This document shows positions 15,845-24,860 of a stretch of 58,193 bases of DNA, one piece after another. The DNA lies in contig CAMQZX010000001.1 in assembly GCA_947039785.1 (NCBI GenBank), positions 1 to 58,193 of the forward strand, written 5' to 3'. A program made the position numbers and the translations under genes. Below the pieces are notes generated by a model that was given only the letters and a program-made list of their open reading frames with translations, ran no database searches and was not told where the DNA came from. Within the stretch, counting starts at the first letter, position 1. Each line of letters opens with the position of its first letter. Source of the stretch: an uncultured Lachnospiraceae bacterium (GTDB lineage: Bacteria > Bacillota > Clostridia > Lachnospirales > Lachnospiraceae).

Positions 15845-18241
15845 TTATGAATACTGGTCATCCGTCTTTATTCCCTGTTTGTTTTTTTCATGAAGATTTG
15901 TATTGAACAAATCATATATGATGTTATTCTTCTTTACCCTGGCATCAAAAGGAATAATGACTTCACCGTGTTTCAGGATTCCCATACCGGAATTACAGCC
16001 GTTCACGTATTTCAACTGTGCTTCCGGAATCCCCGCTACCCGTGAAAGTTCCTGGCTGTCCACATTTGCCTGTTTTAACAAAGCAATAAATTCAGAGTTC
16101 GCCAGCATGGTTACGGCTGTATAGTTCTGTAACATATCAGAAATATTCTGGGTGATGGCGGTGCACAAGCCGCCTTGTTTCCTTACTTTCTTCCACAGGG
16201 AATAGAGAAATTTCCCCGAATATTCACTGCGTCCAGAATGTTCCCCGGTTCCCAGCAACACATGGCACTCATCTATGTAAAGCCATGTTGCTCTTCCTTT
16301 TTCTGCATTTCTGGCAATCCGCGCCCGGACATTTTCCAGCATGACCAGCATCGCAATCGCACTCAACTCTTTTCCAAGGTCACGGATTCCGTAAACAATG
16401 AACCGGTTGTCTACGTCTAAATTGGTTTGATGGTTGAAAATATTCAAGGAACCGCTTACAAACAGCTCAAGCCCCAGGGCAATATCCCTGGCTTCCTCCT
16501 CTGGCTGCTTCATCAGCAGGTCATAAAAATCCGACATGACCGGCACATATTTTTCCTTACTCATGGCAATATCCAGATACAGCTTACGGATACAACGGTC
16601 AATGATGGATTTATGCCGGCTGTTTAGCATTTCCGACATCGCCTGCTCACACAGGCCAAGCATAAATTCTCCTTTATCCCGGATCAGCCCTTTGCTGTCG
16701 GCAAGATCCAACTCGTCCACATCAAGCCAGAGTGGATTGATATAGTTCTGGGTATAATTTGACAGGTTGATGCATACACCCCCTAAGTTCTGGGCGATGT
16801 CAAAATACTCCAGTGTCGGGTCGATAACGATGATATCATCACCGGTCTGCAAATATACCCCCAACATTTCGGACTTACAGAAAAAGGATTTTCCACTGCC
16901 GGGTACGCCAAATACCATAGCGTTTCCATTGGTCAGTTTTTTCCGGTCTGCCACGCACAGGTTTTTAGAAATCCGATTCGTTCCATAACATAAGCCCGTG
17001 GGTTCATAAATCTCCTGCACATTAAAAGGCATTAAAGCCGCGATATCCCGTGTAAGCATGGTGCGCATGGTTTCGACTTGTCGCACCCCTACAGGCAGAG
17101 CAGTATTTAATGCCTCTCGCTGTTGGAGATGATGTACCTCCATATTACAGAGATATTTGTTTCCTATCGTCTGGATTGTCTCTGTGATACTGTTAAGTTC
17201 TTCCCTGGTATCCGCAATCAGTACCATATTTACACCTGCAAAGAACAGGTTCTGGTCATTCTCCCGTACATCGTCCATCAGCGCTTCCAGGGTTTTCTTT
17301 TCCACTTTCTTTCCATAACTGATGTCACTTGCAAAGTCATTGTTTTTATTACGGACACGCTGCTGGCGTAAAATATCCGACTCCACACCCAGATATTTTT
17401 TCTGCAATGTTCTTGTTGTCAGATCCTTTGGCACAGGCACAATATCTATAGAGGTAATACTGTGTACAGGAACATTGGTAAGTTCATTGATAAAGGTGTC
17501 CGGCAGGCTTGTCGGATATCTTCTGATGAATACAGCCCTGCAGATTTTCCGTTCTGTTTCAAAATCATTCGGGGAATACTTAATCATGGAACCGCAGATA
17601 TCATTTTTGTAATCTGTTTTACTTTGTACATACGCATCAAAATCAAAAGAAAATGTTTCTTCGTCACCAATGCGGTAAAAATTATACAGAACCCGGAGCC
17701 GTTCCGCTGCGTCAAGCGGCTCCAACTTTGAGCCTATTGCATGGAATTCCTGCTGCATCCCACCTTCAAAGGTATTGAAAAATGCTTTTGCCTGTTCATA
17801 ATCTTTCCGTTCCACAGTAACCGTAAGAAAGCGTTCTTGTTCAATCCCCTGTTTTCCCGCTACAATCCGTTCCTCTACGATATCATTGTAAACGTCCCGA
17901 AGATGGTCATAGCCATCATCTTTATCTGGTATCAGGACATTCTCCCTAAACTGGCTCATGTTCCTGTTTTTGTTGTATATTGTAATCTTAAAAGCAACAT
18001 CAATCGCATTAACCAGCTTGCAATACTGCTTTAAGATTTCATACTGGTCTCCCTCCGACACCGTGACATAATTTATGTCAGCAAAACGGTATACCCTGCT
18101 GTACCGGTTCTTTGTATTCTCAAAAATACCATCCTTTGCAATCCTCAGAATCTCAATCTGCTGCTGAACACTCTTCGGGACTGCAAACAATGGTTTGTCC
18201 GCTTTTTTTAACTGTATGAAACGATCTGTAAAAATTCCCAC
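15845..18241 (-). CDS. virB4: VirB4-family T4SS ATPase (Firmicutes CD1110/PrgJ type)
   Basis: ORF track (GTG start, SD AAAGGAGG). Walker A is GVPGSGKSF; Walker B region is LYIDECHVLL; 798 aa. Confidence 0.85.
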   Translation of the reverse strand: MGIFTDRFIQLKKADKPLFAVPKSVQQQIEILRIAKDGIFENTKNRYSRVYRFADINYVTVSEGDQYEILKQYCKLVNAIDVAFKITIYNKNRNMSQFRENVLIPDKDDGYDHLRDVYNDIVEERIVAGKQGIEQERFLTVTVERKDYEQAKAFFNTFEGGMQQEFHAIGSKLEPLDAAERLRVLYNFYRIGDEETFSFDFDAYVQSKTDYKNDICGSMIKYSPNDFETERKICRAVFIRRYPTSLPDTFINELTNVPVHSITSIDIVPVPKDLTTRTLQKKYLGVESDILRQQRVRNKNNDFASDISYGKKVEKKTLEALMDDVRENDQNLFFAGVNMVLIADTREELNSITETIQTIGNKYLCNMEVHHLQQREALNTALPVGVRQVETMRTMLTRDIAALMPFNVQEIYEPTGLCYGTNRISKNLCVADRKKLTNGNAMVFGVPGSGKSFFCKSEMLGVYLQTGDDIIVIDPTLEYFDIAQNLGGVCINLSNYTQNYINPLWLDVDELDLADSKGLIRDKGEFMLGLCEQAMSEMLNSRHKSIIDRCIRKLYLDIAMSKEKYVPVMSDFYDLLMKQPEEEARDIALGLELFVSGSLNIFNHQTNLDVDNRFIVYGIRDLGKELSAIAMLVMLENVRARIARNAEKGRATWLYIDECHVLLGTGEHSGRSEYSGKFLYSLWKKVRKQGGLCTAITQNISDMLQNYTAVTMLANSEFIALLKQANVDSQELSRVAGIPEAQLKYVNGCNSGMGILKHGEVIIPFDARVKKNNIIYDLFNTNLHEKNKQGIKTDDQYS

Positions 18242-18266
18242 TTCCGTAAACCTCCTTTAATCCAAG

Positions 18267-18337
18267 GCAGGCTACGGGAAGTAGTTTAGCGAATCCCGTA
18301 ACCTGCTGGTCGCTAAACTACTTCCCACATATGTGGG
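18267..18337 (-). promoter_or_regulatory. Compound RNA/DNA structure with mutually exclusive hairpins in the prgI-virB4 spacer
   Basis: Three overlapping structures. A 17-bp perfect stem 18276-18292 / 18310-18326. A competing 12-bp stem 18267-18278 / 18295-18306 (one G-U in RNA). A 14-bp palindrome CCCACATATGTGGG at 18324-18337. Confidence 0.5.
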
Positions 18338-18352
18338 ATTATTTCATATCTT

Positions 18353-18847
18353 TTATTTCATGAACCTAAAGGCAAGTATCCCTGCCACGGCCACAACTAA
18401 AGCCCCCACTGTCAGTAGGATCATGCGCTTTGCTTTTTTCTTTACCATGTTAAAATCCTCCTGTCCGTCAGACAGTCCTTTTTTTTCTTTTTTCTGCTGC
18501 TGTGTAGCAATTTTCTGCTCTTCTCCATAAGCGTCCTTTATCCAATCCACATTTTCCGTGGACTGGTATAAACAGGGCTTATTGAAAAAAGACATCTGGA
18601 CCATTCTCCTCACCGTCTGCCAGAAACTAAGCCCATTGTGATTATAAAATCCCGTGAGTGCAATCGGCACCACAACTGGCGTTGCCAGATAGCACGCTAA
18701 TGTCATGCCGATTTTATCGTACAGACCGAGTACAATTCCCGCTCCCGCCCCCAGGGACAGTACACTGAATGTAAATTGCTTCACGGTCAGTCCCATCAGG
18801 AAGCTCTCCTTATAGTGCTGTAAATCCCTGCTGATTTCGATATCCAT
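18353..18847 (-). CDS. PrgI-family (VirB3-like) T4SS membrane protein
   Basis: ORF track. N-terminal pattern DIEISRDLQHYKESFLMGLTVKQF followed by two TM segments, and a position directly upstream of virB4. Confidence 0.65.
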   Translation of the reverse strand: MDIEISRDLQHYKESFLMGLTVKQFTFSVLSLGAGAGIVLGLYDKIGMTLACYLATPVVVPIALTGFYNHNGLSFWQTVRRMVQMSFFNKPCLYQSTENVDWIKDAYGEEQKIATQQQKKEKKGLSDGQEDFNMVKKKAKRMILLTVGALVVAVAGILAFRFMK

Positions 18848-19822
18848 TTATCTCACCTTACCTTTCTTTACATTTTCAATCCTCTTTTTCCCCTCTTCAA
18901 AATAATCCTGACTGATCTCAATTGAGATGGAATCCCGTTCTGATTCAAGGGCAGCTTCCGCAAGGGCAAAGGAACCAGCATATTGGTCCAATACCAGTTC
19001 TTTTTTATCTGTAACAAATTCCAGTATCTGTTTTAGCAGTTCCACCGGCTTCTCCGATTGATGAACCCTATCAGCTTTTGAGATTGGCTGAATGTCAAAA
19101 GCCGTAGGAAGCATCCCTTTCGCTCCGGACATATAGTGTTTCATCTCCGGTTCTGCCTTGTCCTTCTTTGTGTTCGGCCGCATATCACGCGCACGTCCTT
19201 TTGAAAAGAACAGAATATCCTCTGTATTTTTTGCCTTCCGCCCCGTATTGGCAACGAATGTCCCCTTCCGCCAAGCCACCTTCGCGTAATATTCAAAGCC
19301 GCTTTCCTTCGCCATGGCCTTCACCTGGTAAAGATATTCGTAATTATCACCGTTTTCCTCCGGCAGAAACTCCACGAGAAAGTGCCCCTTCTTTAGAACA
19401 CGGAATTTTTCGTCCAAATCCTGCTGTGTGTACTGGAACAAATCATAGGAGGCAAAGTCCCGGTTTCCCCCTTTTAAACTTTTTTTCAGCAGATATGGGT
19501 GGTCAGTGATAATTGCGTCAATGCTGTTATCCTCAAGGAAACTCAGATCACGTCCATTTCCCTGTATGAGCATGCAGGTAATATCCTCATTCTCTGCATT
19601 TTTCTTCGTAACCGTATAGACGCCTTTGGCAACCCGTTTAAAAAGGCCCTTATTAATCCCTTCATAGATCCGCGCCCGGATGCTGGGTTCCTTCACCTCT
19701 TTTTCCGCATACTGGTATACACATTCCTTTGCATCTTTCAGAGAAAATTGGTTCACATCCGCAAAATACTCAAATAGCGTCATTTGTATGCTTTTATCCT
19801 GCACCGCTGTTTCCAAACCCAA
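18848..19822 (-). CDS. Beta-class DNA methyltransferase-like protein with divergent motifs
   Basis: ORF track. Motif IV-like AIITDHPY lies N-terminal to a motif I-like VLDQYAGSFALAEAAL. This order is typical of N4C/N6A beta-class enzymes. Confidence 0.55.
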   Translation of the reverse strand: MGLETAVQDKSIQMTLFEYFADVNQFSLKDAKECVYQYAEKEVKEPSIRARIYEGINKGLFKRVAKGVYTVTKKNAENEDITCMLIQGNGRDLSFLEDNSIDAIITDHPYLLKKSLKGGNRDFASYDLFQYTQQDLDEKFRVLKKGHFLVEFLPEENGDNYEYLYQVKAMAKESGFEYYAKVAWRKGTFVANTGRKAKNTEDILFFSKGRARDMRPNTKKDKAEPEMKHYMSGAKGMLPTAFDIQPISKADRVHQSEKPVELLKQILEFVTDKKELVLDQYAGSFALAEAALESERDSISIEISQDYFEEGKKRIENVKKGKVR

Positions 19823-19834
19823 AGCCTCCTTTGC

Positions 19835-20677
19835 TTACAGCCCCAGGGCCTTGCTCGTCAGGCTCTGGGCGCCCTTTACACTTCCCACAGTCAGGGCAAC
19901 CGTGAATGTCATTTCTCCCAGATAGATCAAAGTCTTTGTCCAATCTGCATAGTCTCCTGTAAATTGTGGTAATCCTGAACTGATAAACGTATTACAAAGA
20001 ATAATCGCCAAAGCCATAGTCACCGCCTCAAAAACTACGCTTATGAAATACTTCGTAAACTGTACGCTTGTGGCACTCACTCCCCGATTTCCTGCAACCG
20101 TTGCATAAGCGATACTGCCAAACGGTACGATTACAAGTATTTTTAAAAATCGGAAATAAACATTATAAATAAGGAAAAATCCGCAGATCAAAATAATCAG
20201 GCTTAAAAATACCGCCAGGATTAAAAATACAAGGCTTTCCACAAATCCCAGATTCTTGATAATATCTGCCTGCGCCGGGTCTATCGTAACCTGTGTGGCC
20301 TCACTCCCTCCAATCAGTCCGACAAGATTCCCAACACTTGTAAATATGGCTTTCATAATATCGACGTTGTATACCACCAGCCACTGCGCGATTCCAATCC
20401 TGATCAACATACGGAGAATCACTTCAAACCGCATCTCTTCCCGCACATCTACACTTTCCGAACAAAAACCAATCACAAAAAATAAAACAACCAGGCTTGA
20501 ACCAACAGCAACGAAAATCGGTTCAATCCCGGTTATAACTCCCCATGGGCCGCCTCCTTTGAAAGAAGTCGGGGACTGTCCCAGCAGTTCAAACACCATG
20601 TTCACCTGCCCGTTCCAAAAGCCGAACACGACCTCAAGAAGCGAAAGGATTGCCTCGCCCAAATTAAAAATATCCAT
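19835..20677 (-). CDS. VirB6/TrbL-like polytopic T4SS membrane protein (CD0415/CD1112-type)
   Basis: ORF track. Six or more hydrophobic segments and a position within the T4SS block. Confidence 0.6.
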   Translation of the reverse strand: MDIFNLGEAILSLLEVVFGFWNGQVNMVFELLGQSPTSFKGGGPWGVITGIEPIFVAVGSSLVVLFFVIGFCSESVDVREEMRFEVILRMLIRIGIAQWLVVYNVDIMKAIFTSVGNLVGLIGGSEATQVTIDPAQADIIKNLGFVESLVFLILAVFLSLIILICGFFLIYNVYFRFLKILVIVPFGSIAYATVAGNRGVSATSVQFTKYFISVVFEAVTMALAIILCNTFISSGLPQFTGDYADWTKTLIYLGEMTFTVALTVGSVKGAQSLTSKALGL

Positions 20678-20778
20678 TTACCATCACCTCATTTCCGTAT
20701 TTGGATATTATGATTACTAGAGTATCATTTAAAATAATTCTTTTAAAAGAACAAAAGCCTTGAAATTTGTTTGCATCA

Positions 20779-21447
20779 CTACCTCCTTAGATGCGGCAGC
20801 TTATATTTACCCGTCTCCGTGTAAAACTCCGGAAGTGCATACCCCGGTGCGAGCAGTGAATTGTCCGATTTAATTAATCCTTTATCCAACATATCATTGA
20901 TAACTTCAGCCGTTTTCAAATGAAAAAAACTAATGGCATCATAACCAACACAGATAAGAATATCCTCCTTAAATTCAGCCATAGGATTGTAAAACCATGT
21001 TTTTTCACACTTTTCGTGATTTAATTTCATGGCTTCGATTACCTTTTCCTCGTATGCTTCCAGGTTTTTCTCATAATAATCTTTCGCTTCAAGTTCAGTA
21101 AGAATATAGGCTGCTTGCAAATCAATGGCCCCTTTATAGTGAAAGGTTTTACCGTTCCGCAATTTATTCGCTATATCAGCCAGTGAGTCAGGATATATAT
21201 TACCCGATATCTCCAAATCCCTTATCCGCAAATGTTCCTCTCCCTTTGCAACATAAAACTCGTTTGCATGATATCCTAATTGAGTATAGAAATTTGGGGT
21301 TTTTTCTTTGTAATCGGTATCCACCTGGAATCCCAGGCTTATGAATAAATTTTTACACTCTTCTCTACATTCCTGACTGGCTTTTGCCATTTCAAGTAAA
21401 TTGTCTCCTATATCAACAAAAAAACCTACGCGCCTTAACTCCAGCAT
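20779..21447 (-). CDS. Hypothetical cytoplasmic protein (222 aa)
   Basis: ORF track. No TM segment and no motif recognised. Confidence 0.5.
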   Translation of the reverse strand: MLELRRVGFFVDIGDNLLEMAKASQECREECKNLFISLGFQVDTDYKEKTPNFYTQLGYHANEFYVAKGEEHLRIRDLEISGNIYPDSLADIANKLRNGKTFHYKGAIDLQAAYILTELEAKDYYEKNLEAYEEKVIEAMKLNHEKCEKTWFYNPMAEFKEDILICVGYDAISFFHLKTAEVINDMLDKGLIKSDNSLLAPGYALPEFYTETGKYKLPHLRR

Positions 21448-21482
21448 AGTGTTCCCTCCACGTTTTCATTAAAACAGCACAA

Positions 21483-21821
21483 TCAACTGATGCCCAGGAA
21501 CGTGAGGACTGTACTAATCCCCGCCATAATCAAGCCGGCAACGATGCCCTTTATCGCAGAATTCATGGAACTCGAATCCTGCTGCTGGTAAGACTGGGCA
21601 AACTCCATTACGTTTTTTGCAAGGATAATCACGCCAACGGCACCTATGATGGCAATTACGAGATTCTTCAGATTATTCAAAGGTGCCGTCACCACTTCCG
21701 CGCCTGACGCATATACATTTGTTGTATATAACATGGTTGCCATGGCTGCCCCAGCGGTTATACTGCTGATTCTGTTAATCATTTTTTTTGCTTTTTGCTT
21801 TTTTTCAGTCAAATTCTTCAC
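21483..21821 (-). CDS. Maff2-family / VirB2-like small T4SS membrane protein
   Basis: ORF track (GTG start, SD AAAGGAG). A signal-like N-terminus ending VYASGAEV, two hydrophobic helices, and a QQQD loop. Confidence 0.6.
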   Translation of the reverse strand: MKNLTEKKQKAKKMINRISSITAGAAMATMLYTTNVYASGAEVVTAPLNNLKNLVIAIIGAVGVIILAKNVMEFAQSYQQQDSSSMNSAIKGIVAGLIMAGISTVLTFLGIS

Positions 21822-21840
21822 TTAAAATCTCCTTTTCTTT

Positions 21841-21891
21841 AAAAAAGGGCGCAAAAATAGCAGGTATAAAAGAACCTGCTGCGTGCGCCCT
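21841..21891 (-). terminator. Strong compound rho-independent terminator between the coupling-protein gene and the Maff2-like gene
   Basis: Outer stem AGGGCGCA/TGCGCCCT and inner stem AGCAGGT/ACCTGCT, followed on the sense strand by TTTTTT. Confidence 0.7.
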
Positions 21892-21952
21892 CTATTTTTT
21901 GCAACAGATTCCCATATATCTGCCATCTTAGGCATAAGAAATATAGGGAAAA

Positions 21953-22830
21953 TTAAGATTCTTGATGGCCGGTCAGTTGTTCGCGTATTTCACGCATTTG
22001 TCCGGCACTTTTATCTGATTTAAAGTAAGTCAATATATCCTGGTAGGAAAGACCTCCTACCAATCCAAGACGTATTTCTTCTAACTGCTCTAATGTATAA
22101 TCATTATTTATTAGCATTTCATTAAACTGCTCTTCTGTAATCTGTCCCAAATCCTGCTTTTCTATATTCTCGATTTCAGTTATTTTGCGGTTCTTTTTCA
22201 GTTCATCTTCTGAAAATATCTTTGCCGGCATATCAGGTTCCTGCAATGATAGCAATTCGTCCAGTGTTATTTCATCTATCTGAACATTCAGCCCCTGGTT
22301 CCTCTGGCGTTCATAATATTCAAAAGACTGCCGGTTCAGCAATTCGCAGGTTGGCACTGTACTTTTCTCACGGATTGGTGTATGATGATATGGTGGTGCG
22401 CCGCCATCAAACGTCTCCTTGAAAAGAGGATGCGCCGGGGTATTGTATTTTGAATCTACAATCGGGTCAAATCCCCGGATAAAGATCAGGCACTTTTTAT
22501 TATCCAGCTTTCTGGCCTCATCCGGTGTCAGTAGTTCCCTTCCCAGCACATCAAAGTTTCGGCTGCTGCTGCCATTTTTTCCTCTTGTTTCACCAGAACT
22601 CCGCTTATCTACCGTAGCCTTCCCGAGCATCTTAGAAATATAATCGTGTGTACTCTGTTCATTCCCGCCAAGGTAGACCAAAGTGTCACAGTTCCCTGGG
22701 ATGACCTCCCATGTCTTTTCAAACAATGCTTTAATCTGCGCAAGGTTCTGTATAATAATGATCGATGAAATTTCTCGTGACCTCATGGTACTAAGTAAAC
22801 CGCAATAATCATCCGGTAATGCAAATGGCA
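21953..22830 (-). CDS. T4SS coupling protein (VirD4/TraG family), exon 2
   Basis: The ORF track lists 21953..22903, whose first ~24 codons are intron domain V/VI sequence. From 22830 the frame reads (V)PFALPDDYCGLLSTMRSREISSIIIIQNLAQIKALF, the canonical continuation after the DEFAN Walker B region. Confidence 0.8.
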
Positions 22831-23623
22831 ATAGGTAAACCTCTGGCACTGCCGCCTCGGGTTTTTCCCCTGCCCCGCACCGTGCATGATAGTTTCCCAT
22901 CACACGGCGCTCCCCCGACTAAGAACATAATCTCTTAGTATCGGCTTGAGGCTATCCCTCCACCGCTTATTATCACGGTTTCCCTGGTACTGTGCCTCTA
23001 CTCTCACAACCACTAATGCACTTATTATAGAAGTTTTTCTCCCCCTTCCTTTTCGCTGCAACTACGGTACTTTGTCGCTGATACAGTCAGCTCCCGTATT
23101 GGCTGCTTTCCACGTTCCACATAACTTAGGATTGCTACCACTTAGGCCGCTCCTTTAGCCCTGCAAGCATTATCTTCAAGGTAAATCCTCAAGATACCTA
23201 TACCCTATAAGCACAGAAGGCATTTCATACTAACAAATTTTACTTTGCCCCGCCTGCGTACCCCTGGTACACCTGCATTTCTACAGGCTATTTGTTTAGA
23301 GCCGTACATTCGGAACTTTGTCAGACCTCCTTTGGGTCATTCTAGCCATATGGCAGCCCCACCCGCACTGTCACACACAACTCATACCTCTATGAATCTT
23401 TCCTCGCCTTTCAGCGTTAGGGTGTGCTTCGCACGACTTCCCCGCGCTTATAACCCCAACCATCTGTATCTGGCTGACGCTACGTGGAGTATCAGTGAAT
23501 CCCCTTCCGGGCGTTACCCCATCATTTGAGATTTCAGTTATGCAGTTCTCCAAAGCCATTCATGGCTTTAGGCTGCGGTTTTGTCGGTTATTTCCACCGT
23601 TTTGGACGCAGAACGTGTCACAC
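22831..23623 (-). mobile_element. ORF-less group II intron (793 nt) interrupting the coupling-protein gene
   Basis: The 5' end is GUGUGACACG. A domain V-like 36-nt hairpin lies at 22877-22912: GAGCGCCGUGUGAUGG-GAAA-CUAUCAUGCACGGUGC, with an AGC triad, a GAAA loop and a 2-nt bulge. It sits 46 nt from a 3' end ...UUUACCUAU. Removing the segment restores the frame (AAT G|TG CCA = N V P). No reverse-transcriptase ORF is present. Boundaries are +/- a few nt. Confidence 0.75.
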
Positions 23624-24860
23624 CATTAGCAAACTCATCAAGCATAAAGGCCACATGGATTGGTAATCTTCCTTCGTAAATAAAGTCAGCCTGGAAGTAC
23701 AGTTCCTGGAATATCTGGCTGTAAAGCAGCCCTACAATGCTGTTGAACGATTTATCGGAATCCGGAATCACACAAAAAAGAGCTGTTTTTGTCTTTCCAT
23801 CACCATTTCTTCCCACCCCTATCTCCGGGATATTGATATCATCATGGTCCAGGATACGGAGGATTTGTGGATTTTCCAAAAAAGCCAGTCTGGAATTTGC
23901 ACTGATAACAATACTCCGGACCGTATCAGCCGCTCCTCTGATTACTTTATAATACTGTTTGACTGCTGGATGATTGCTGCCCTTTTTACGCTCCAGGCGC
24001 TTAATCCTGCGGTCTAAGTCCGATGGCGAGCCATCATCACGTACCTCTGCTTCTCCCAGTAATTTCAGTACCGTGGAAAAGTTCTGTTCACTTTTGGGGC
24101 ATTCCAGCCAAACATAGTAGAACAGCGCCTGCAGGTATAGCGACTCTGCTTTCTCCCAGAAGGGATCGCTGCTCTGGGAGTTTTTCGGGGTTGTATTGGC
24201 GATCAGGTTTGTAATTAATTTTACGACATCTGATTCCTTCCGGATATACATAAATGGATTATAGCAGTCAGACTCTTCCATGTTCAGCAGATTCAGGACT
24301 TTGACAACATAACCGTGTTTCTGTAAGAATCCCCCGCAGGCTTTTAAAATTTCCCCTTTCGGGTCAGTGATTATATAAGAAGAACGGTTAAGCTGTAACA
24401 AATTAGGCTTACAAAAGAAGAAACTCTTTCCCGCTCCACTTCCCCCGATGACCAAAGTATTCAAGTTCAGCTTCGTTTTACGCGAATCCATCCTCATACG
24501 GACATTTTGGCTTAGTATGCGGTTCTCTGTCTCGTCCTTCTCGGCTAACACCTGATTCACCTGTTTGATATCTGCAAATTTGGCTGTACCATATTCTTTT
24601 CCCGGCATATAGTTTTTTCTGCTGGTCAGATACATGGCAATCGCAATCATATATACGAATTCTGCTAGTAATATCCCCTTAAAAGTTGTATCATTGAAGT
24701 AATTTCCAAATGGGCGGGCCATAACCATGTTAAGACGCTCCATAAAGGTATTGATATCAATCCCCTGTTCCCAGATGCCATTAAGAAGATACCCGCCATA
24801 TGCCGCCAGCACACCACCAAGTACAATCAGCCAGACAGAAGTTTTTTTCTTATTTTCCAT
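23624..24860 (-). CDS. T4SS coupling protein (VirD4/TraG family), exon 1
   Basis: The ORF track lists 23568..24860. N-terminal TM segments, Walker A VIGGSGAGKSFF, and a Walker B region HVAFMLDEFAN. After this the listed ORF runs into the intron and stops. Confidence 0.85.

Noticed and set aside
23371-23559. A 62-aa minus-strand ORF inside the intron, considered as a possible intron-encoded protein.
   Set aside because: It is far too short and has no reverse-transcriptase or maturase motifs. The intron is treated as ORF-less.
21953-24860. Reading the two T4CP pieces as a pseudogene or as a naturally split two-subunit coupling protein.
   Set aside because: The intervening 793 nt has group II intron hallmarks, and removing it restores the frame at a conserved motif. 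Pseudogenisation cannot be excluded without RNA data.
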